Shown here piece after piece: positions 43,308 to 51,807 of a DNA stretch of 64,000 nt (position 1 is the first letter of the stretch; every line of letters begins with the position of its first letter). The position numbers and the translations under genes are program-made. The notes under the pieces were generated by a model that worked only from the letters and a program-made list of their open reading frames with translations, did not search any database and was not told the DNA's origin. The stretch lies in the NCBI GenBank assembly GCA_964396025.1, contig CAYNBT010000001.1:109271-173270 (forward strand). Direction: 5' to 3'. Source of the stretch: an uncultured Candidatus Saccharibacteria bacterium (GTDB lineage: Bacteria; Patescibacteriota; WWE3; UBA101185; UBA10185).

Positions 43308-44864
43308 TTATTTCGCTCCCGTCTGAGCAGTAGGAATCGTAAAACTAAATGTACTTCCATCTTTTTCATGACTTTCGGCCCAAATCTTCCCTCCATGTAA
43401 TCTTACTATCTCGCTCGATATAAATAAACCAAGTCCTGTACCTTTTCTGCCTTGACGCCATATACTAGTAGAAGTTCTATAGAATTTTTTGAATAAATGA
43501 GGCATGGATTCAGGAGGAATACCTATGCCTGTATCCTTTATATGCGTGACCACAAAGCCATCCAGTTCTTCTATAAAAATAGAAACACGACCTCCCGGAT
43601 TATTATATTTGATAGCGTTATCAAGAAGATTCGAGATCACCTCAGTAACCATAGTTTTGTCGACATGAACCTTAGGCAATGTTGTTTTGGATTCAATGAA
43701 TTGAATCTTCACACCCGATTCATCCGCGCTTCCCGAAAAACGCTCTACCACGCTCTTTACCAATGGTAACCATTCTTCTACTGTTTTCTGTAGTATTAAA
43801 CTTCCTCGCTCGATTCTTGAAATGTTAAGTAAATTCTCAGTTAATATATAGAGTTGATCCGCGCTTACAATGACTTTTTTCAAGTATTCTTGATTTACTT
43901 CTGAGAGTTCAGGAACCGCATCTGTACCCAACAACGACAAATACCCTCTTATCGAGGTTAACGGGGTTCTTAGTTCATGAGCAGCAATCGAGACAAAATC
44001 CAGTTTAAGAGTTTCTAACTCAATCTCTTTTGTAATATCAGTTAAAGTAACGATACAGCCCAAATTAATATCTTTTCCTTCAGAGATCACTGCGCTAACC
44101 ATACGCACAAACTTCTTTTGGCCGCTTTTAGTAACCAAAGTGACTTTAGTATTAGAATAAACGTTGCGGTCACCAATCGTATCTAGAACTGGGCTGTACT
44201 TTCCACTGTCTAAGGGCATTGAGTCATCAAACAGCCGAACTATGTCATCTGCGGGTTTTTTTACAACTTCTGAATATATATAACCTGTAAGTTCCTCCAT
44301 TGCTTTATTAAACGTTACAATCTTACCTTCACGATCTAGCGCAAAGACTCCATCGCTTGTGTTGTATAGAGTTGCTTCTAAAATGTCTTTTTCTGCAGCT
44401 AAGGCTAATGTGCGCTCCGAAGTGCCTTTGTCTAGAGCTTCGCGCATGTTGGTAATTTCTTTTAATGTTGCAATATAATTTTCTTCAAGTTCGTTTTTTG
44501 AAAGATATTTAACACGCTCCTGTGCAAATACACTGCCAGGCAGGTCCAGGATAAGGTTCTCAAAATCTCTGACAGCTCCCAAACGATCTCTTATTCCAAT
44601 GATTAAATCCTGCAAAACTTTTACCGCATCACGCTCACCAGAGGAATCTACGTATAGATGGAATAGAATATTAGTTAAATCCGCCTTTTCTGAGTATGAA
44701 AGAGATGAAATATCGTAACCGGACAAAGTGTAACTTATGCCTGGGAATTTACCCTTGATAGCTGCTTTTATTTTTGGATCCCCCAACTTAACTAAACACT
44801 TTTGCAAATACTCAGGAGCTGCAGTATCTAACAAAGTGTTTTTCTTTTGGAACAGGGCAGCCAT
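43308..44864 (-). CDS. Cytoplasmic PAS histidine kinase with helical N-terminal domain
   Basis: AHELRTP, NLLDNAIKY, DTGIGI, GTGLGL. Confidence 0.93.
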   Translation of the reverse strand: MAALFQKKNTLLDTAAPEYLQKCLVKLGDPKIKAAIKGKFPGISYTLSGYDISSLSYSEKADLTNILFHLYVDSSGERDAVKVLQDLIIGIRDRLGAVRDFENLILDLPGSVFAQERVKYLSKNELEENYIATLKEITNMREALDKGTSERTLALAAEKDILEATLYNTSDGVFALDREGKIVTFNKAMEELTGYIYSEVVKKPADDIVRLFDDSMPLDSGKYSPVLDTIGDRNVYSNTKVTLVTKSGQKKFVRMVSAVISEGKDINLGCIVTLTDITKEIELETLKLDFVSIAAHELRTPLTSIRGYLSLLGTDAVPELSEVNQEYLKKVIVSADQLYILTENLLNISRIERGSLILQKTVEEWLPLVKSVVERFSGSADESGVKIQFIESKTTLPKVHVDKTMVTEVISNLLDNAIKYNNPGGRVSIFIEELDGFVVTHIKDTGIGIPPESMPHLFKKFYRTSTSIWRQGRKGTGLGLFISSEIVRLHGGKIWAESHEKDGSTFSFTIPTAQTGAK

Positions 44865-44873
44865 GTAATAAGT

Positions 44874-46328
44874 CTATATTAAATTAAGAGCTTTTTCTAA
44901 TCTTTTAACTACTGTTTGCTTACCAAGTTCGTGTATAACGTCAAACAGCGGCGGAGTAGCTAAAGAGCCTGTTAGGGCAACTCTCAACGTCATGAATACC
45001 TCTTTATTCTTGTACCCATTATCTATCACAAGTTTGTGAGATATGGCGTCCAGGTCCGAAACTTCCCAAGATGAAGAATCTAGGTAAAGCTCTTTTATAT
45101 CATGAAGTATCTTTCTTGCACGTTCAGACGAAGCAGTAAAAGAGGTAAGCACAGTAATGTCAACATCAGGATCATTAAAAAAATACGAAAGCAACGATTC
45201 GGCTTCTGCCAATGTTTTTAACCGTTCCTTTATCAAAGCAAAAAGGCGGGTTAGTTTAGTCTCATCGCTTGTATCGATAGTGGGTTTTATTCCATACTTA
45301 ACTTGCCACTCCTTAAAACGTGTACACAGGTCTGCAGGATCTAAACTTCTGATGTAGTGCCCATTAAACCAAAGTAGTTTCTGTCTATCAAACACCACTA
45401 AATCCGTTTTGTGTAGTTTTTCTATATTGAAATCGTGAACAAATTCCTCAACCGAGTAAATTTCTTTCTCTGTCCCAGGATTCCAACCTAGAAACATAAG
45501 AAAATTCAGCGTGGCTTCGGGTAGATATCCTAGTTCTAAAAACTGAGTTGCGGCTACGGCACCAAATCTCTTGGAGAGCTTTTTGTTAGCTCCAGCCTCT
45601 TTAAGATTTGGTAGATGGATATACTTAGGAATTTCCCAACCAAAAGCCTTATATAAGACAATGTGTTTTGGTGTAGAGGGCAACCAGTCATTTCCGCGCA
45701 TGACATGTGTGATTTTCATAGCGTTATCATCTACAACTACAGCAAGATGATATGTAGGAAATCCGTCTGATTTAAGCAGGACCTGATCATCAATCTCTGA
45801 TGAATCAAAAACTAAATCTCCATATACAATATCTGTGAACTGTATTTTTTCATTATCTGGCATTTTAAGCCTGATAACATAGGGCTCCCCCGCGTCGAGT
45901 CTAGATCTCACCTCATTATCTGAAAGCGCAAGACACTTACGATCATACTTTGAGGGAATTTTCTTTTCTTGCTGTTCTGCTCTTAGTTTCTCCAGTCTTG
46001 ATGCATCACAAAAGCAGTAGTAAGCATGTTTTGATGCTACAAGTTGCTCAGCATATTGTTTATAAAGAGGTAAGCGTTCAGATTGAATATAAGGAGCGTA
46101 TATGCCTCCAGCTCTAGGACCCTCGTCCCAAGAAAGTCCGTAATCCGTAATCACATCGAGGGTTCTCTCCATAGCACCTTCAACATAACGTGTTCTATCG
46201 GTATCTTCAATACGCACCAAAAATACACCATCGCTCTTTTTTGCCAAAGCATAGTTATACAAAAGGGTTCTTAGGTGGCCAATATGAAGATCCCCTGTAG
46301 GACTTGGGGCGATTCTAGTTCTTATCAT
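44874..46328 (-). CDS. gltX: Glutamate--tRNA ligase
   Basis: APSPTG, HIGH, KLSKR; start could be 46340. Confidence 0.97.
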   Translation of the reverse strand: MIRTRIAPSPTGDLHIGHLRTLLYNYALAKKSDGVFLVRIEDTDRTRYVEGAMERTLDVITDYGLSWDEGPRAGGIYAPYIQSERLPLYKQYAEQLVASKHAYYCFCDASRLEKLRAEQQEKKIPSKYDRKCLALSDNEVRSRLDAGEPYVIRLKMPDNEKIQFTDIVYGDLVFDSSEIDDQVLLKSDGFPTYHLAVVVDDNAMKITHVMRGNDWLPSTPKHIVLYKAFGWEIPKYIHLPNLKEAGANKKLSKRFGAVAATQFLELGYLPEATLNFLMFLGWNPGTEKEIYSVEEFVHDFNIEKLHKTDLVVFDRQKLLWFNGHYIRSLDPADLCTRFKEWQVKYGIKPTIDTSDETKLTRLFALIKERLKTLAEAESLLSYFFNDPDVDITVLTSFTASSERARKILHDIKELYLDSSSWEVSDLDAISHKLVIDNGYKNKEVFMTLRVALTGSLATPPLFDVIHELGKQTVVKRLEKALNLI

Positions 46329-46377
46329 AGATACGGGCATTTTATCATATCAAACCCTATGTTAATATTATGTAAGT

Positions 46378-47532
46378 ATGAGTTTGGTTACTGTTTCAGC
46401 TACTGTAAAAAGAACCATTAATATCCTAATCACTTTGGGAGTATGCTACATTCTAATACTCACTTTAAAACCATATATAAAGCAGGGATATTACAGTATG
46501 TTTCCACCAAAAGACTTGCCAACTGTAGCTTTTGGAAAAGTTGAACCGCTAAAATTTGTGGAAAAGAAAGTACTTAATAGATCACCCTTGTTCGAACTCA
46601 ATACAACCAATGGAAAATTACCTGCAGGATTACCTACAAAAGCTGCTGTGATAAAAGTGCATCCTCCGCAGTTCTCTTTTGAGGCAGGGAGGGTAGCACA
46701 AAGGAACGCGGAAGCTTTGGGGTTTTTGGATGAAAATCTGATCACAGATTTAAAGGGGGATACTTATGCATGGAGGAACGCCGAGTTCGGCGGAGTGCTC
46801 GAGATTCACATAAATAAAAACATATTTAAGGTATCAACTCCACTTGCCAGACTATCCACTATTTACACACCAGGAAACATTAACAAGAAAAGTGCAGAGT
46901 CAATGGCCAAATCTATCTTAAATGGACTTGGTCTTTTCGACGATAATCTTTATCAAAACGGGCGAACAGAGATTGTTTTAGGCAAATACTACTTAAACAG
47001 ATTACTCGAGGTAACAATCCCCTCAGAAGCCCAACTCGCCCGTGTTGATATTTTTAGAGATATTTCAGGAGTACCTATTGTTGGTCCGGACCCGAAAAAG
47101 GGACAGTTACGCATGTTTGTAGGACAGCCGAGTAACGGAAACAAAACACTTCGAACACCAATGATAGAGGCACACCTAAAAAGCATTGATTTAACTGACC
47201 TTTCGGCTACATATCCTCTAATACCTATAGAAACAGCATGGAATGAAGTTGTAAGCGGCAACGGAGTGATAACAAATGTGACACCTAGAGAACAAAGCCC
47301 ATTCGAAGAATACACCCCAATTATTATCGAAAAGGCACTTATCAACGACATTTATGTTGCGTATTACGAAACCGAAGCTGATCAACCGTATATGCAACCA
47401 ATATATGTGTTTGAAGGTAACTACACGTCTGCAGGCCGCTCAGGAGATATCTCCGTGTACTATCCGGCAATATCAGGCGAATGGGTAAACACCCCAGTGG
47501 AAACTAAATCAACCAGTGAACGTGCAAGGTAG
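46378..47532 (+). CDS. Single-TM protein with extracellular domain, possibly YycH/YycI-like
   Basis: N-terminal TM; C-terminal AW...YVAYY...QPIYVFEG pattern. Confidence 0.6.
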   Translation: MSLVTVSATVKRTINILITLGVCYILILTLKPYIKQGYYSMFPPKDLPTVAFGKVEPLKFVEKKVLNRSPLFELNTTNGKLPAGLPTKAAVIKVHPPQFSFEAGRVAQRNAEALGFLDENLITDLKGDTYAWRNAEFGGVLEIHINKNIFKVSTPLARLSTIYTPGNINKKSAESMAKSILNGLGLFDDNLYQNGRTEIVLGKYYLNRLLEVTIPSEAQLARVDIFRDISGVPIVGPDPKKGQLRMFVGQPSNGNKTLRTPMIEAHLKSIDLTDLSATYPLIPIETAWNEVVSGNGVITNVTPREQSPFEEYTPIIIEKALINDIYVAYYETEADQPYMQPIYVFEGNYTSAGRSGDISVYYPAISGEWVNTPVETKSTSERAR

Positions 47533-47534
47533 TA

Positions 47535-48566
47535 CTAATGAAATTCGAACGATCTAAGCACCCAATTTAGAAGTGTCTTCGTATCGCCAAATCTATCCTG
47601 GCTGCTCATAACCACAATAGCCAAATCTACAGAATCCTGATTGTAGGCATAGATAAGCACCTCTCCGGCACCTTCTGTTTTGCCGGTTTTTATTCCTATA
47701 GATCCAGGAACTTCCCAAAGCAAACTGTTAGTGTTTGATACAGCTCTAGGACCAACACTAGTCTCAAAGGTGTAAGTCTTTTTTGCAACAGCATCCTTGA
47801 TCAGGTCAGCTTCAACCGCTCTTTTACTTAATTTATAGAGATCAAACGAGGTAGAGTAATGTAAGAAATTGGCATCATCTAGACCTATGGCATTAGTAAA
47901 ATGTGTATTTGAAAGTCCAAATGCCAGTGCTTTTGCATTCATCAAGGACACAAAATCAGTACCGCTGTTTGCCGCCAATGTACAAGCCGCATCCCCAGCC
48001 GAACCAATTAACATTGCATAGAGTAAATCCTGAACAGAAATCTCTTCTCCATTCAAAAAACCTACCTTTTGACTGTCCACAAGCGTACAAAATTCCGGAA
48101 CTTTTAGCAGATCATCTATCTTATATACATCAAGAGCAACAAGAGCTGTCATGAGCTTTGTAGTAGAAGCAGGGGCTAGCTTTAGCAGATAATCTTTGTT
48201 AAACAAAACTGTGTCCGTTTTTCTATCAAGCACCAAAGCAGAAAGGGCAGAAATTTGAGGTGTCGCAAAGGCACTACCTTTAAATTCTGGCGCGGCAACC
48301 GAAGATGCTCCCAATACACCATTACCCGAAACAATGCGCTGTGGCGGGGTAGCATCAAAAAAATACGCCAAAGAATTGATCTTCACCTCTCTAGGAATCC
48401 CTACACCATAACCCAAAGCTATTATCAAAACAGTTACTGAAACTGTTCTAAAAGCTAGATTTGCTGAATAGATAGGCGCCGAGCCCAAGAATTCAATGGC
48501 ACGCAAAGCATCAACACAACGGAATAGAACAAATAATTGGATTTTTTGCCATATACTTAACGTCAT
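47535..48566 (-). CDS. D-alanyl-D-alanine carboxypeptidase (peptidase S11)
   Basis: PASTTK (SxxK), KTG; SxN site reads SAG. Confidence 0.88.
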   Translation of the reverse strand: MTLSIWQKIQLFVLFRCVDALRAIEFLGSAPIYSANLAFRTVSVTVLIIALGYGVGIPREVKINSLAYFFDATPPQRIVSGNGVLGASSVAAPEFKGSAFATPQISALSALVLDRKTDTVLFNKDYLLKLAPASTTKLMTALVALDVYKIDDLLKVPEFCTLVDSQKVGFLNGEEISVQDLLYAMLIGSAGDAACTLAANSGTDFVSLMNAKALAFGLSNTHFTNAIGLDDANFLHYSTSFDLYKLSKRAVEADLIKDAVAKKTYTFETSVGPRAVSNTNSLLWEVPGSIGIKTGKTEGAGEVLIYAYNQDSVDLAIVVMSSQDRFGDTKTLLNWVLRSFEFH

Positions 48567-49024
48567 TGTATGTAGTCCCCTTGGATAGGCTGAACTAACC
48601 CTACCAAATCCTTTGCCTGCATTACCACCGATATCGTATGAGATCCAGCATTAAAGGCGACCATATCCTTTTGATATATCCTAAGATCAAAATAAGTCTT
48701 GATGCCCATAAGATTTCCAAAAGGAGGAATGCTACCTACTTCTAAACCTGTGAGTTCTTTAATTTCTTGTTTAGTCGCCATTCTCAAATCCTTTATACCT
48801 GCTGAGTCTTTTACTTTCTTAAAACTTAAACGAGTATCCCCTGGAATTGCTACGAGTATTGGTGACTTATCAGCCATTAATATCAGCGCTTTAACTCCCA
48901 TGGATAAACTAGAATCACGCACTTGAGCGGCTTCCTCGCTTGTATATACAGGTGTATGCTCAATTTTTTGATATTGCACTTTGTGATGATCTAAAGTACT
49001 TAGTATACGTTCCAATACATTCAT
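48563..49024 (-). CDS. YbaK/aminoacyl-tRNA deacylase family
   Basis: VKAL, GSIPPFG, FNAG. Confidence 0.88.
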   Translation of the reverse strand: MNVLERILSTLDHHKVQYQKIEHTPVYTSEEAAQVRDSSLSMGVKALILMADKSPILVAIPGDTRLSFKKVKDSAGIKDLRMATKQEIKELTGLEVGSIPPFGNLMGIKTYFDLRIYQKDMVAFNAGSHTISVVMQAKDLVGLVQPIQGDYIQ

Positions 49025-49033
49025 AGAGTTACA

Positions 49034-50683
49034 TTAACAAATCCTCATATCCTTAACAATTATGTTTAATTTCTCGCGACCATTGAATACATTTTTAGAT
49101 AGTGTGTAAGCAATGTCTACTCTACTTCCCATGCTCAGGTTTGCTGCAAGGTCCTTACCATCAAAGTAGATTGCCTTTTGAGTAATTCCGTTATCATACA
49201 AACTTAAGGATAAGTGATTGTTTTCTTTACCAACAAGGTCAAAGCCTGCAACACCTACCTGCAAACAAGCAAAAAGCGGCTCGGGATTCCCTACACCATA
49301 CGGGCGTAAACTATCTACTTCAGAAAAAAAGTCGAGACTAAGTACATCTAGCGGAATACTACAATCAATCTCTAAAGAAGGCACAAACACTTCAGCCGGA
49401 TATGTTGTTGATATCAGAGTGTTAAGCGAGTTTTTTAATTGTTCAATATTTTCGGTTTTAATGGAAAATCCAGCCGCCATAGGATGCCCACCCAAACTCT
49501 CAAAAAGATGCTCAAACTTTCTAAGCGCCTCTATGATATTAATCCCACTGATAGACCTTACCGAACCCTTGCCGTGACCATCAGTTATACTTATCACAAC
49601 AGAGGGTCTGTAATACTTCTGAACCAATTTAGACGCCACCAAACCAATTATCCCTTCGTGGAAATCTTTATGGGAAGTCACAATAACACTAGGCAGATCA
49701 GCATCCTCATTGTTGTAAGCCAAATCATACATTTCCAAAGTTTTGTTTTGACGGTCTAGGTTTATGGAATTCAGCTTGTGAGCTAGCTCCAATGCCTTAG
49801 ACTCATTACTCTCTAGTAAAAGTTCTACAGCAGCAGAGGCATCTAAAAGCCTGCCAGTAGCATTCAAACGAGGCCCAACCACCCAGCCTAGCTGATATGT
49901 AGAAAGATCTCCTAACTTTGTGCCGGAAACTTCAAACAATTTACGTAATCCAAGTAGGGGATTTGTGTTTAGAATTTCCAAACCGTCTCGCACTAAGACC
50001 CTATTTATGCCAGTCAAAGGTTGCAAGTCTGTGATTGTAGCGATGCATGCTAATGACAACAGTTGGGGATCTTTGGAGCCCAATACTTTGCTCAAAACCC
50101 AAGAAATTCCGGAACCAACCATTTGATCGCACCAAACAATACAATCAGCCTGTGGGAGTTCTGAGGGCCTCTGGTGATGATCTGTAACAATTACCTGAAA
50201 TCCTTGAGATTTTAGATGTGCAACTTCAGCCACTGCGGTGATGCCAGTATCTACCGTAATCAAAAGTGCGGATTTAGCGTTGAATTTTTCGCCAAGTAGC
50301 TTCTCTACATCTGCAATAGACCCAAGTGATAAACCATACCCATGGTCAAATCGGTTTGGAATAAAATAAGCGCATTTTGTATACCCCAACTCCTTTGTTA
50401 TGGTTGAATACAAAATTGCTGTTGCACAAATGCCATCTGCATCATAATCGCCATAAATCAAAATGGGTGTATCTTGGCTAATTGCATGTTGGATCTGTTT
50501 TTTTGCAAGGGATAATGATTCCAAAAACTCCCGCGGAAGCCTTTTTAAAAGTTCTGATATGGAGGGTGGATTCAAAAACAACTCTTTATCTTCTTGAGTA
50601 TTGATATTTCTATTCTGGAGAAGAATGTCTACAATATTCTTCTCATCCGAATAACTACTGCGTATGTTCCAGTTTTTAGTCAT
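49034..50683 (-). CDS. recJ: ssDNA exonuclease RecJ
   Basis: GDYDADG, TVDTG, TDHH, PRLNATGR, GGHPMAAG. Confidence 0.96.
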   Translation of the reverse strand: MTKNWNIRSSYSDEKNIVDILLQNRNINTQEDKELFLNPPSISELLKRLPREFLESLSLAKKQIQHAISQDTPILIYGDYDADGICATAILYSTITKELGYTKCAYFIPNRFDHGYGLSLGSIADVEKLLGEKFNAKSALLITVDTGITAVAEVAHLKSQGFQVIVTDHHQRPSELPQADCIVWCDQMVGSGISWVLSKVLGSKDPQLLSLACIATITDLQPLTGINRVLVRDGLEILNTNPLLGLRKLFEVSGTKLGDLSTYQLGWVVGPRLNATGRLLDASAAVELLLESNESKALELAHKLNSINLDRQNKTLEMYDLAYNNEDADLPSVIVTSHKDFHEGIIGLVASKLVQKYYRPSVVISITDGHGKGSVRSISGINIIEALRKFEHLFESLGGHPMAAGFSIKTENIEQLKNSLNTLISTTYPAEVFVPSLEIDCSIPLDVLSLDFFSEVDSLRPYGVGNPEPLFACLQVGVAGFDLVGKENNHLSLSLYDNGITQKAIYFDGKDLAANLSMGSRVDIAYTLSKNVFNGREKLNIIVKDMRIC

Positions 50684-50713
50684 GCCAAGATAAGTTACAT
50701 CTTTACGCCGCAC

Positions 50714-50742
50714 TTGACAAATGCCCCATAGTTGTGTAATAT
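50714..50742 (+). promoter_or_regulatory. Sigma70 promoter for RNA-1
   Basis: TTGACA(50714-19)-N17-TAATAT(50737-42). Confidence 0.75.
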
Positions 50743-50748
50743 TGAATA

Positions 50749-51301
50749 ATCTTATTCACCTGCTGAGTTTCCCAGAGGAGGCCCCATGGCCGGAACACTA
50801 GCGGGAAAACGGCGCAAAACCTGGCATCCACGGCACGATTTTAGATTGTGCACGGGAGCCTTAGGTATTGCAGCTCTTTGCTTTTATCCTAGGTAAGGGT
50901 AAAGAGCGGCACGCAATACCTAAGGCACCCGGTTTAGCAGCGCTGCAGAGTTTGGGAGTGAGTGTATGTTAAAAACTGCATTCTAGCGGTCTGCCCGCCT
51001 TGAACAAGCCCATCACCTTCGCTTGTTCTCGCGTCACGCAAAACGTGACGACAGGGCCCAAAAACCGCTACCGACATGCGCCAGAACCCGGCGTACGGAC
51101 TCCCAAACTCATCCCTCAGAATGATCAGACTCGTATGCAGTATAAATATACGAGATCTGTATTATTTAGGGCGGAAGTAAGCAAAAAAGGAATGTGCGCA
51201 TGCACCTCCTACCTTTCCTTGCTGCCCGCTTCCGCCCTGTCGTCCTAGGTACTGAAAATCTTAGTCCACCTGACTAAAATCTTTCGGTACCTAGGGCGAT
51301 A
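50749..51301 (+). ncRNA. Large structured RNA-1 of unknown class (ncRNA or structured sORF mRNA)
   Basis: Nested helices of 8-19 bp covering most of the length; G-U pairs indicate + strand; ~52% GC by hand count; upstream promoter. Confidence 0.75.
50786..50896 (+). CDS. Possible 36-aa small peptide MAGTLAGKRRKTWHPRHDFRLCTGALGIAALCFYPR
   Basis: GAGGAGG-CCCC-ATG; lies inside structured RNA-1. Confidence 0.35.
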   Translation: MAGTLAGKRRKTWHPRHDFRLCTGALGIAALCFYPR

Positions 51302-51339
51302 AACATTCTTACAGCCTTAAATTTCCCTAAACAAATTCA

Positions 51340-51368
51340 TTTACATAAATCCTATAGTATGATATGCT
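51340..51368 (+). promoter_or_regulatory. Sigma70 promoter for RNA-2
   Basis: TTTACA(51340-45)-N17-TATGCT(51363-68) in the AT-rich linker. Confidence 0.65.
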
Positions 51369-51391
51369 CTTTTGTATTCAAGGAGTAAACA

Positions 51392-51535
51392 TTGCCAATC
51401 TTCAAAAAATTGGCCACAATTGAATATGCTAAAAAGGGTTACGCGGTGTTAATACCGGGTCTCCCTAATCACTCCTCCTTGATAGCTTGTGTGACACCCA
51501 AGCGCAAACCTTGCTCAAAGCTGGGGTTTGCCTAG
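51392..51535 (+). CDS. Possible 47-aa peptide (TTG start) MPIFKKLATIEYAKKGYAVLIPGLPNHSSLIACVTPKRKPCSKLGFA
   Basis: AAGGAG-N6-TTG; the SD is pairable with CTCCTT at 51475-80. Confidence 0.25.
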   Translation: MPIFKKLATIEYAKKGYAVLIPGLPNHSSLIACVTPKRKPCSKLGFA

Positions 51536-51771
51536 AATCAAGGCTTTCCAAGAAGTAACTGGAAAGCTGCGATTCACCACGGATGTCCACCGGCTAATCG
51601 TTGTGCACTTACGTGCACGTGCCCCTAACCTTGGAGTTTTAGTTATCCGCAAGCGGCTGCAGCCTAAATGTGGAGATACGAATGACAAAGAGGCTTTATA
51701 TAAGTAGGGTGCTAAACGAAGGGGTGAAAGTTAGCAACAAAAAATGCATAACTGCCCCTTAAGAACTTTCT

Positions 51772-51807
51772 CAGCCTAAAATAGATATTATCTTTTTAGG
51801 CTGTTTT
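51772..51807 (+). terminator. Intrinsic terminator
   Basis: CAGCCTAAAA-T-AGAT/ATCT-TTTTAGGCTG followed by TTTT; U-tract only on the + strand; abuts the secF stop. Confidence 0.75.

Larger units (their letters stand above)
51374..51807 (+). ncRNA. Large structured RNA-2 of unknown class
   Basis: Series of abutting hairpins with G-U pairs, own promoter and 3' terminator. Confidence 0.68.

Noticed and set aside
51000-51248. 82-aa TTG ORF in the ORF track
   Set aside because: No SD or promoter, no recognisable protein features, and it lies entirely within the RNA-1 helices.
51629-51667. tmRNA-tag-like frame ...SYPQAAAA-stop in RNA-2, plus GGGGTGAAA and ATAACTGCC motifs
   Set aside because: No T-arm (GTTCRA) with acceptor stem or CCA end, either linear or permuted, and no proper resume context; cannot call ssrA.
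50749-51807. Group I/II intron, CRISPR array, MITE or retron explanation for the structured region
   Set aside because: No recognisable P7 or domain V, no direct repeats or spacers, no terminal inverted repeats or target duplication, and no RT or nuclease gene nearby.
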